A stretch of 64,000 nucleotides of DNA from an uncultured Planctomycetota bacterium (GTDB taxonomy: Bacteria > Planctomycetota > Planctomycetia > Isosphaerales > Isosphaeraceae). The stretch lies in assembly GCA_963845755.1 (NCBI GenBank), contig CAWJTV010000036.1, positions 352,001-416,000 of the forward strand. Direction: 5' to 3'. This document shows positions 23,359-31,857 of this stretch, one piece after another (within the stretch, counting starts at the first letter, position 1; the number at the start of each line of letters is the position of its first letter). Both the position numbers and the translations under genes were made by a program. The notes beneath the pieces are model-generated. The model made no database searches, was not told where the DNA came from, and saw only the letters and a program-made list of their open reading frames with translations.

Positions 23359-26310
23359 CTACTCCATAAACATGAATTCGTTGGTCAACAACAACACCTG
23401 TGTCAACTGTTCCCAGGGAGAGAGTGGCGGGTCGGCGAGCGAGCCGCCGGTCTTGCCCTTCATGATCTGCTTCCAGCCGTCGAGCCGGGGCGCGGACGGT
23501 CCGGCCTCGCAGCGGAGGAACTCGGCCGCCAGCGCGAGCTCATCGGCATCGGGCGGGCGCGCGAGGACGCGGCGGTAGAGCCGGCGGATGCCGTCGGCCG
23601 GGTCGGCGGACGCGTCCTGCCCGATCGCGGCCGACAGCCGTCGCGCTTGCTGGTGCAGGAACGGGCTGTTCATCAGGAAGAGGGCTTGTTGCGGGACGGT
23701 CGTCACGAACCGTCGCGGGCTGGTCGCGTCGGGGACGGCGAAGTCGAACGTGCGATAGAGTCCGTCGAGGTTCTGGCGGTCGATGAAGCCGTAAACCGTG
23801 CGACGGGTCGAGAACGGGGCCTCGGTGATCGCCACCGGCCGGCCTCCGATCGCGGGGTCCAGGTCGCCCGAGACCGCCAGGATCGAGTCGCGCATCGCCT
23901 CGAAATCGAGCCGCTGGGGGCTGAACCGCCAGACCAACCGGTTCTCGGGGTCTTTCGAGGCGACATCCGGCCTCGGGGCGCTGCTCTGTTGATAGGTGCG
24001 GGAGAGCATGATCCGGCGGTGCATCGCCTTGATCGACCAGCCGTCGGCCTGGAACCCGGCGGCCAGGTGATCGAGCAGTTCGGGGTGGGACGGCGGGTCG
24101 CTCCGCAGGCCGAAGTCGCTGGGCGTGGTGACCAGTCCCTTGCCGAAGTGCCAGTGCCAGACGCGGTTGACCAGCACCCGGGCCGTGAGTGGGTTCCTGG
24201 CGTCGGCGATCGCCTGTGCCAGCTCGAGCCGGCCGCTCCCCTTGCGGAACGGCGGCGGCTCCGGCCCGGCGAGTACGTGGAGGAACCGGCGCGGGACCGC
24301 CTTGCCCGGCCGTCCCGGGTTGCCGCGGAGGAAGACATGCGGCTCGACCGGCTGGGGTGCATCGTTGAGCACCATGGCCCGAGCGGGGGCCGACGGATCG
24401 GTCGCATTCAGCCGATCGATGGCGCCGTTGAGCTGAGCGAGCTGATTCCCTTGCGTTTGGTCGAGGTAAAGGCGCCGGGGATACTCCGAAGCGGCAAGAG
24501 GCCCGCCCGGTCCGAAGAGTGCCTGGCGGAACGACTCCCATTCGGGCTCAGGAAGAGGCGTCGCGGACTGGGACTTGACCGACTTTTGCGCGACCTCTGC
24601 CTTCTGCCTCGCCTCGAGCTGGCCGAAAAGACCGACATACCGCGCGACAACCTCACTCATGCTCGACGGAGGCGAACCACTCAATAACGCCCGCGCGATC
24701 AGGGGATGAATCGCCTTGGCCGCCGCGATGGCCGGGTCCCGGTGGACGTCCGCCGCCCTGGTAACGAAGCGCTCGCGGGGCAAGGCGGCGAAGGCCAGCC
24801 AGGGGGCCAGGATCGGGTCGGACTTCGAGGCCGTCGCATCCAGACGCTGTTTCCAGAGCATCATCACGCCGCGAAGTCGTCGCGCATTCAGCTTGTCGGC
24901 CAGGGCGCGCTCCTCCAGTCGCGGGTTCCTCGTGTTGAAGTCGAGCTCATAACCGGCCTTCAGATACTGAGAGAACCGCGCGGCGAGGTCTCTCTGGACG
25001 TCGTCGCGACGCGCCGTGAGGTAAGCGTCCCGCTTCTTCTTGGCCGCCTCGAGTTTGCGCAAGAAGTCGGCGGATCGGTCGGCCTTGCCGGCCCCGGGCC
25101 AATCCAGCGCGGGGAGATCGGCCGGCTCGGTCGAGCTGGCGAAGACGCCGTAGAGCGAGTAATAGTCGTCGGTCGGGATCGGGTCGAACTTGTGATCGTG
25201 GCATCGGGCGCAGGTGACCGTCAGGCCGAGCAGACCGCGGCTGACGACGTCGATCCGATCGTCGATGATCTCATTCTGGTCCAGGAGGAACCTCCGGCCG
25301 ACCGTCAGGAACCCCATGGCGGCCAGGGGCCGGGTGTCGCCGTCCTGAGGGAGTTGATCGGCGGCGAGCTGCTGGATGATGAACCGATCGTAAGGCAAGT
25401 CGGCGTTGAAGGCGTTGATGACGTAGTCGCGATAGGTGAAGGCATAAGGATATCGGCGTTCCTGGGTGAAGACATAGCCCTTGGTATCGGCGTAACGTGC
25501 GACGTCGAGCCAGTGCCGCCCCCAGCGCTCGCCGTATCGCGGCGACGCCAGGAGTCGGTTGACCACGTTGGCGAAGGCGTCCGGCGACGCATCGGCCTCG
25601 AACGCCTCGACCTCGTCGGCCGTCGGAGGAACGCCCCAGAGGTCGATCGTGGCGCGGCGGATCAAGGCGCGCTTCCCGGCCGGCGGCGACGGAGCGATCC
25701 CCGCGGCTTCCAGCCGGGCCATGATGAACGCGTCGATCGGCGATTCACCCCAGCTCTTGTCATGCACTGGTGGCGGAAGGACCGTCCTCAACGGCCGGAA
25801 GGCCCAGTGGGCCGGCGCGTTGGCCGAGTGAGACATCGCCGCATTCTTGGCCGTATCGTCCGGCCAGGGCGCACCGAGGGAGACCCATCGCGTCAGGAAC
25901 TGCACGTCCGCGTCGGAGAGCTTCCCGTTCGGCGGCATCTTCAACTCGTCGTGCCGGTAAGTCACGGCCTGGACCATCAGGCTCGCCTCGGGCTTGGCCG
26001 GTACGACCGCCGGCCCGGTATCACCCCCCTTGAGCGCCGCTGCCTGGCTGTCGAGCCGCAGGCCCGACGACTGCTTCCGAGGCCCGTGGCACTTGACGCA
26101 CCGTTCGACCAGGATCGGCCGGACCCGCGCCTCGAAGAACTCGACCGCCTCCGGCGATGGCGAAGTCGCGACCGGCTTCGGCTCATCGGCCCGAGTTCGC
26201 AGGGCACCCAGGCCCCCGCTCTCCGCGATCACGGTAATGGCCAGCGCCAACCGGCAGAAACGTCCGATCCGGAATCTTCTCCCCAATCGCTCAGGTCGAT
26301 CTCGGTCCAT
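23359..26310 (-). CDS. PSD1 / planctomycete cytochrome c protein (DUF1549 + DUF1553)
   Basis: FFEARVRPILVERCVKCHG; YGERWGRHWLDVARYADT; CARCHDHKFDPI; NPLTARVLVNRVW; PSHPELLD; PQQALFLMN. Confidence 0.93.
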   Translation of the reverse strand: MDRDRPERLGRRFRIGRFCRLALAITVIAESGGLGALRTRADEPKPVATSPSPEAVEFFEARVRPILVERCVKCHGPRKQSSGLRLDSQAAALKGGDTGPAVVPAKPEASLMVQAVTYRHDELKMPPNGKLSDADVQFLTRWVSLGAPWPDDTAKNAAMSHSANAPAHWAFRPLRTVLPPPVHDKSWGESPIDAFIMARLEAAGIAPSPPAGKRALIRRATIDLWGVPPTADEVEAFEADASPDAFANVVNRLLASPRYGERWGRHWLDVARYADTKGYVFTQERRYPYAFTYRDYVINAFNADLPYDRFIIQQLAADQLPQDGDTRPLAAMGFLTVGRRFLLDQNEIIDDRIDVVSRGLLGLTVTCARCHDHKFDPIPTDDYYSLYGVFASSTEPADLPALDWPGAGKADRSADFLRKLEAAKKKRDAYLTARRDDVQRDLAARFSQYLKAGYELDFNTRNPRLEERALADKLNARRLRGVMMLWKQRLDATASKSDPILAPWLAFAALPRERFVTRAADVHRDPAIAAAKAIHPLIARALLSGSPPSSMSEVVARYVGLFGQLEARQKAEVAQKSVKSQSATPLPEPEWESFRQALFGPGGPLAASEYPRRLYLDQTQGNQLAQLNGAIDRLNATDPSAPARAMVLNDAPQPVEPHVFLRGNPGRPGKAVPRRFLHVLAGPEPPPFRKGSGRLELAQAIADARNPLTARVLVNRVWHWHFGKGLVTTPSDFGLRSDPPSHPELLDHLAAGFQADGWSIKAMHRRIMLSRTYQQSSAPRPDVASKDPENRLVWRFSPQRLDFEAMRDSILAVSGDLDPAIGGRPVAITEAPFSTRRTVYGFIDRQNLDGLYRTFDFAVPDATSPRRFVTTVPQQALFLMNSPFLHQQARRLSAAIGQDASADPADGIRRLYRRVLARPPDADELALAAEFLRCEAGPSAPRLDGWKQIMKGKTGGSLADPPLSPWEQLTQVLLLTNEFMFME

Positions 26311-26690
26311 GCCACGATCCTTGAGTTAGCGAGCTTCCGGGTCTGTAGGTCGTCCGGTCACGGTGGGATGGCTCGGTTTGGGGGAGGCAGCCGGGCGGGT
26401 CTGGGGTTCTCAATCGTCGATCAACCCCAGCAAGAGATCGGCCACCGCGAGCCACTGTCAGCCGATCGGTCATTAATCGATATTCGACCGCCTTCATTAT
26501 TCCTTCCTCCACTCACGCTGGCAACCCCCGAGAACGGTGCTGCCCGGTTTGCCCCGCCCTCACCGACCTGGGCTCGCCTGGCGCGTTTTGGGGATGACCC
26601 GCCGTGAGTTCGTTCGGCGCGACCCAGGGGTGACTGGCAATTTCCCTTCATTTGATAAATTCGATTCATTTTACCTATTCTTCCTAATTT

Positions 26691-26840
26691 TGGGTTCGTT
26701 TCGTTGATTTCGTACTCTTCGGACCCGTGTCCTGGCTTCGTTTCGTCGATTTCGTGTTCGGGCGACCGCGTGCTCTGGGTTCGTTTCGTCGATTTGGCGC
26801 GGGTCGGCCCGCCCGACTGGGTTCGTTTCGTCGTTTTCGT
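26691..26840 (+). repeat. Four regularly spaced ~21-bp direct repeats (TGGGTTCGTTTCGTCGATTT) with unique ~20-bp intervals
   Basis: Copies start at 26691, 26733, 26776, 26818 (period 42, 43, 42). Confidence 0.75.
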
Positions 26841-27436
26841 TTCCGATGATCGCCGAGCGCTCCGCCGCCCGATTTCGATCCAGGTCTTCATGCTACCACT
26901 CACTCTCTTCGCCTTTTTGCGCACCCCGAACGCCGCCAGGAAGTCCCGATACCTTTTATTAATGGACACTTTTGAAGAATTAGCAACTCGGCTCCGGGAA
27001 TTCGTGAGATGGGTTCGGGTGTTTGGAGACGACCATCGGCTCCGATCGCAGGAGGACTTCTCCTCAATAGAGCGAGGGCATCTTGGCGTGAACGTGGAAC
27101 ACGATTTGAAATCAACTTGTTGGTATTATGGGTGCGTGCACGGATGTTTCATGGGTTTCCTGGAGAGCAGTCATGACTAGCGGCATACCGGTACACGCCC
27201 TTTTTTGGTTTTTCGGGAATTTTTTTTGGGGATGACAGTAGAAGTCCTACCCCTCGTCCTACGATGCAGTTATGATCGGACGCTGAGGGGGGTGGATGAC
27301 CCCACGCAACCCACGAGGACGGAGTCTCGACGGAGCAAGATCGGGCCACGGTGAAGGTGAATCACTCCACACTCAGAACCTGACGTCGAGTCGAAAGCCG
27401 CGTTGAAGGTGTGGGTGCTCCGGAGGAGTTCGGGCC

Positions 27437-28421
27437 ATGTATAAGGCCGCGCGACCGCCTGTGCGGCGGATGATGGTGATTGACCAGGCGCTGCGGGCCA
27501 ACCGGTGGCCTAACTCCACAACGCTCGCCAGGGAGCTGGAAGTCACCATCCGGACGGTCCGGCGCGACGTCGCCTACCTGCGGAATCAATTGCGCGCGCC
27601 GATTCGATTCGACCCACGACGCAACGGTTATCACTACACGGAGCCGACCTACCGGTTACCCCTCTTTCAGCTCACCGAGGGGGAGCTCATCCGCTCTACC
27701 TGGTCGAGCGGCTCATGAGGCAATTGGAGGGGACGCCGTTCGAGTCGGACTTGCGACAGGCGATTGCCAAGCTGGGCGAGTTGCTCCCCGACGGCGTGTC
27801 GATCCGCCTCGACGCGATGGCCGACATGCTGTCAATCCTCCCGGCGGTCCGGCCGTATTACGACCCGGAATCGTTCTGCGCCCTCACGACGGCCGTCGCC
27901 TGCCGACACCGGGTGGAGATGGTCTACTGGACGGCGAGCCGGAACGAGACGACCCGGCGCACATTCGACCCGTACGATCTGGTCCTGATCGAAGACGGCT
28001 GGTATGCGGTCGGCTATTGCCATCTCCGCGCGGAGGTCCGGACGTTCGCCGTGCAGCGCGTCCGGTCGTTGCGCGCGACGGGCGAGACGTTCGACCGCCC
28101 GGCCGACTTCCGGCTCGAGGACTACATGAGAGGCTGCTTCCGGCCGTCCGCGGCGACGGTGATCATCGAGGTCGTCCTCCGCTTCACGCCCGACGTCGCT
28201 GGCCGGATCGCCGAGAAACAATGGCACCCGAGCCAGACTATCGAACACCAGCCCGACGGCAGCCTGATCGTCCGGTTCCGGCTTTCGAGCCTCGTCGAAG
28301 TGAAGCGATGGGCGATGTATTGGGGGGAAGCATGCGAGGTGATGGGCCAAGTGTTCTGCGCGAGGCCATCGCGGAGGAAATCGAGAGAATGGCGGCAACT
28401 ACCTATCTGAAAGGCGTTTAA
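27437..28421 (+). CDS. HTH-WYL(-WCX) transcriptional regulator (YafY/PafBC-like), frameshifted
   Basis: GGAGGAG RBS; LARELEVTIRTVRRDVAYLR HTH; RRTFDPYDLVLIEDGWYAVGYCHLRAEVRTFAVQRV WYL motif; WHPSQ. Confidence 0.9.
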
Positions 28422-28500
28422 GGAAAATGGCGTGTCGTCGAGCGAAAAAGGAGGCCCTTCTTGGGGTCGAGATCACGTATTACAAGATGTGGAGAGAGTG

Positions 28501-28526
28501 TTGCTTGTAGTTTCCAAGTAGTGAGG
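28501..28526 (+). promoter_or_regulatory. Putative promoter/5'UTR of the sigma-like gene and cas operon; predicted target of the crRNA-like spacer (TTG + 28504-28521)
   Basis: TTG|CTTGTAGTTTCCAAGTAG then GAGG RBS and ATG at 28533; contains a -10-like TAGTTT; matches 16 of the first 19 nt of spacer 29063-29099 with one gap. Confidence 0.6.
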
Positions 28527-28532
28527 TCTGCC

Positions 28533-29029
28533 ATGACATCGTACGAGACATCGGTCGTCATGAGACTTTGGATGCTGGTCGTCCGTTTTCTCCGTCGGAA
28601 GGGTTTTCAGGAGAGCGTCGCTGAGGACATCGCAAGCGCAATGCGTGTGAGCATGATCGAGAGACATTCGCAATTCTTGCAGGGAGGATATCCCTCGAAA
28701 CTACCTCGTTGCCTGTCTCGGGAAGCCCTATCCAGAGCCTCCGTTGCATTGAAACGATCACAACGAGTAAAGAATCTAGATCCTCATGACATGGATATGA
28801 CTCTGAATTTCGAGGCCAATGCAGCCAAAGCAAGCTTTCTTCGTGTCAGGAAGCGCGATACGACGGCCTCAGGATGTTTCTCAGCGAGGCAAAGATCAAG
28901 AAATTGGAGGAGTGCACTTCCGCCTGCGGCGGCGAGAAACCGAGGCAGTCTGATCTGGCCAGATCGATTGGCATGAAACGGAAGAAGTGGAAAGCTCTAC
29001 GAGACAAGATGAGAGCATTCCTAGCCTAG
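28533..29029 (+). CDS. ECF sigma-70-like protein (~165 aa), split by one frameshift between ~28790 and ~28860
   Basis: N-part LVVRFLRRKGFQESVAEDIASAMRV resembles sigma region 2; the frame open 28790-29029 gives PRQSDLARSIGMKRKKWKALRDKMRAFLA*, resembling a region-4 HTH; restoring one base joins them; lower GC than flanks. Confidence 0.55.
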
Positions 29030-29118
29030 ATTTGTGATTTCCATAATAACAAGGATTGAAACCTTGTGAGTTTTCAAGCAGGAACGAACCCCAGCGATTC
29101 GTGCCCGACTCGGGCACG
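29026..29118 (+). ncRNA. crRNA-like unit: solitary degenerate repeat (29026-29062) + 37-nt spacer (29063-29099) + hairpin (29100-29118)
   Basis: CTAGATTTGTGATTTCCATAATAACAAGGATTGAAAC is 24/37 identical (ungapped) to the array repeat, last 15 nt identical; hairpin CGTGCCCG-ACT-CGGGCACG; a more decayed repeat-like stretch follows at 29118-29153. Confidence 0.75.
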
Positions 29119-29172
29119 GTCGCCCGTCGGTTCCATCAGAACCCTATTCACACGTTGAGATCGGAGGCAGAT

Positions 29173-29848
29173 TTGACAGGCGTCGTCGACAAGACGATCG
29201 ACTTCATGAGCATCCAGCATGATCTGGGCGTTCGGCTCACAATGTCGCATGCCCGTTGGCTTCGCGGGGCAGTCATTCGGCGCGCCAACCGGCCCGAATT
29301 TCATCAGCATGACGACGATGGGGTGATCTATCGCCATCCACTGATCCGCTACGACGTAAGCACGGGCTCGGCGAGATCGCCGGCCTCGCCGAAGGTGCTT
29401 TACTACTCCGATCCATGCCTGCCCTTGAAGCGTTCTCGCTAGGAGGCGAAACCTTGAGAGTCCGGCAGCGAGATGTCGAGGTGACCCGCGTCGAGATCGG
29501 CCCCACAACAGATCCGATCCATTATTCGTTTCAGACCCCTTATCTGGGCTTGAACCAGCAGAACCACCACGATTGGGACGCAGCTCCGATCCGGAACGTC
29601 GGTGTCTGCTCAGTCGGATTGTGATCGGTAACCTGCTCTCGCTGTCTAAGGCAATCGGGCTGCACGTCTCCGAGCGTTTGCATGCTGAGGTTGACTTGGA
29701 GCCCTGCGGGATGCAGACTCTCAAGCCCGGTCTCGCTTTGCTCGGCTTCCGAGGCTCGGTCCGGATCAACTTTCGGTTGCCGACCCGGTGGGGGATCGGC
29801 AAGAGCAGCGCCCGCGGTTTCGGGACCTTGGTTGTTCAGGAGGCGTGA
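29173..29848 (+). CDS. cas6: CRISPR-associated endoribonuclease Cas6 (Cas6b-like), frameshifted
   Basis: WLRGAV...FHQHDDDGVIYRHPLIRY; F.TPYLGLNQ; IVIGNLLSLSKAIG; C-terminal Gly-rich loop GIGKSSARGFGTL. Confidence 0.88.
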
Positions 29849-29849
29849 G

Positions 29850-31844
29850 ATGGCCAAATCCAAGTCTTCATCCGGTTCCGTCTCGAACGTGGCCATCGAG
29901 TTTCCACGGACGGGTAATCCCTGGACTGATGCCGGGACCGTCGGCCTTTACCGCATATTGAACCGAGGGAAGTCGAGTTACGTCGACCCGCCGGCTGATC
30001 TTGACTTCGATCTCGTTCAAGCGTCACGGTTCCCTGATGTCCGATTCGACGAGCTGCAGCAAGATCGGTTCGTGATCAGGGGACCGACGGACCAGGTTCA
30101 AGCCTGCCTGGAAGCGGCCTATGAGCGCCTCGTGTCAATCTACTTCAACGTATCGAGCAAGAAGCAAAAGGAGGAGAAGGGGACCTACAATTTTTATTAC
30201 TGTCGCTCTGAGCAGGACTTCATCTCATTCGCCAAGAAGAAAGCGGCCGGAGCGGCGCTGCTACTCTTCGATAAGGCCGCGAGGCCATCCCGGGATCAAG
30301 CGGAGTGGGGGACCTTACCCGATGCGCGCGGCAAGCCCGTCCGGACAGCCGGTCGGATGCCACCAGATTATGCCCACCTCCAGGAGAAGCTTGATGAGTT
30401 TCTGACTCGTGAAGGTCTCAAGCCTGGGCCACCGGCCGGCCTGCTCATCGACGGACCCAACCAGGTCCGGCCCAAGGTCGAGATCCGCGTCGCTGACCAT
30501 TCCGCCAAGCCCAAGTCCTTCTGTTTCTTGAGCGGTGACCCCGGCTCCACGTTCGTCGAGGCCAAGGAGACGGCATTTCCGCTCCTGGGAGGCAGCCGGT
30601 CGTTCATCAATGGCGTCGCTGACTGGCCCCGCATGGGTTGGAAGATCGACTTCGTCGGGAAGTTCGTCCCTGCCGTCTCGTTCTTCTATCTCCAGGGTGA
30701 GGATATCCACGTCTTTTTTCCGGAATCGACCAACCTCCGGCGCATCGATGCACTGGCCGATATGCTGGCGGGCATGGTCCAACTCGAACCGAACCTCTTC
30801 AGGAATTTCGAGTTGTTGCTGAGCTCACCGAAGCTCCGGCCCTTCTTCCAGCGCCGCTCCGAAGTGGCTCTGGGGTTTCTATACACCGTGTTCGTCAAGC
30901 TCAGCGAACATCAGTCGCCCCCGATTGCCACGAAGCAGGGCGATTCAGCCGTCGGCTCGCGGCTCGTCTCGCTCGACGACGAGCCGGAGACACCCGAAGG
31001 ATCGGAGGAGGCCGAAGAAGAGCCGATCTCGATCGACGCCGTCTTCGGTGCCCTGCAAAGAGAAGGGGCGACAAGCTTCACCGTGGTCTCGGCTTCGAAG
31101 AAGGGGAACGTCTGGATGGCCCGCGACTTCACGACGTTTCGGGACATCGAGCGTCTGGCCCGGCTCTTCGCCCGCATGCAAAGACGGATCCAGATGAAGG
31201 ACGGGCGCGGCCGGTACGAGTGCGACCCGAAGAAGCTCATGGCTGCGCTCATCGACTTCGAGGCCAAGGCCGAGTCTCGTACCTTGCTCCGCGACAAAGT
31301 CTGTGAATCGCTCCTTCAGGGCGCAAGCGTACTGCCGCTACTGGAGCGGCATGCTTTTCACATCAACCCCCATGCCGATACGAGTCAGGCGCGGTCCGTT
31401 GGACCGCTGCTCGAATTCGCCCGGCTCTACGAACCGGAATTGCGGAAAGGAACTGATATGGAAGAACCCTATTCGCAGATGGTGAAAACCGCGACCTGGC
31501 TTGGCGACTCGATTGGCAAGGCACTCGCCCAAGCGGTGCTGGGAAGGAGCGATGACCAAGCCGAGGAGGGGCAGGCCAGAGAAGCCGCTCAGAAAGAGAG
31601 CCCGGGGCGGGCCAAGGGCGGTCTCTTCCGCTTGCGGAAGACTCGCACCATCGCCGACTTCGTCAACGAACTGGCCCGGCTCCAGTTTCGATACAAGATC
31701 GACGTTCCCAAGGAGGTGCTCGACGGCGATACGTTCTGCCCCGATCTCTTCGAGGAGTTTCGCGGGTTTTGTGTCGTCGCCGCGTTGAATCGGTTCCAGT
31801 ACCTGACCCGCAAGCGTACGCAGGCGCCGAACACGACCAACTGA
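29850..31844 (+). CDS. cas8: Type I-B large subunit Cas8 (Cas8b/Cst1-like)
   Basis: AGGAGG RBS; N-terminal TGNPWTDAGTVGL motif; position between cas6 and cas7; ~664 aa. Confidence 0.75.
   Translation: MAKSKSSSGSVSNVAIEFPRTGNPWTDAGTVGLYRILNRGKSSYVDPPADLDFDLVQASRFPDVRFDELQQDRFVIRGPTDQVQACLEAAYERLVSIYFNVSSKKQKEEKGTYNFYYCRSEQDFISFAKKKAAGAALLLFDKAARPSRDQAEWGTLPDARGKPVRTAGRMPPDYAHLQEKLDEFLTREGLKPGPPAGLLIDGPNQVRPKVEIRVADHSAKPKSFCFLSGDPGSTFVEAKETAFPLLGGSRSFINGVADWPRMGWKIDFVGKFVPAVSFFYLQGEDIHVFFPESTNLRRIDALADMLAGMVQLEPNLFRNFELLLSSPKLRPFFQRRSEVALGFLYTVFVKLSEHQSPPIATKQGDSAVGSRLVSLDDEPETPEGSEEAEEEPISIDAVFGALQREGATSFTVVSASKKGNVWMARDFTTFRDIERLARLFARMQRRIQMKDGRGRYECDPKKLMAALIDFEAKAESRTLLRDKVCESLLQGASVLPLLERHAFHINPHADTSQARSVGPLLEFARLYEPELRKGTDMEEPYSQMVKTATWLGDSIGKALAQAVLGRSDDQAEEGQAREAAQKESPGRAKGGLFRLRKTRTIADFVNELARLQFRYKIDVPKEVLDGDTFCPDLFEEFRGFCVVAALNRFQYLTRKRTQAPNTTN
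31458..31844 (+). CDS. cas11: Putative internally translated small subunit Cas11 (128 aa)
   Basis: In-frame ATG at 31458 preceded by AAAGGA; helical C-terminal domain (LFRLRKTRTIADFVNELARLQFRY). Confidence 0.6.
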   Translation: MEEPYSQMVKTATWLGDSIGKALAQAVLGRSDDQAEEGQAREAAQKESPGRAKGGLFRLRKTRTIADFVNELARLQFRYKIDVPKEVLDGDTFCPDLFEEFRGFCVVAALNRFQYLTRKRTQAPNTTN

Positions 31845-31857
31845 GGAGACCGCAACC

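Noticed and set aside
26421..27180. ORFs 26421..26969 (-) and 26704..27180 (+)
   Set aside because: Largely derived from the short repeat cluster; no recognisable domain or clear RBS, although a small gene from ~26962 cannot be excluded
29081..29093. Mini-array spacer segment AACGAACCC complementary to the 26691-26840 repeats
   Set aside because: Only 9 nt, PAM-distal, no seed pairing
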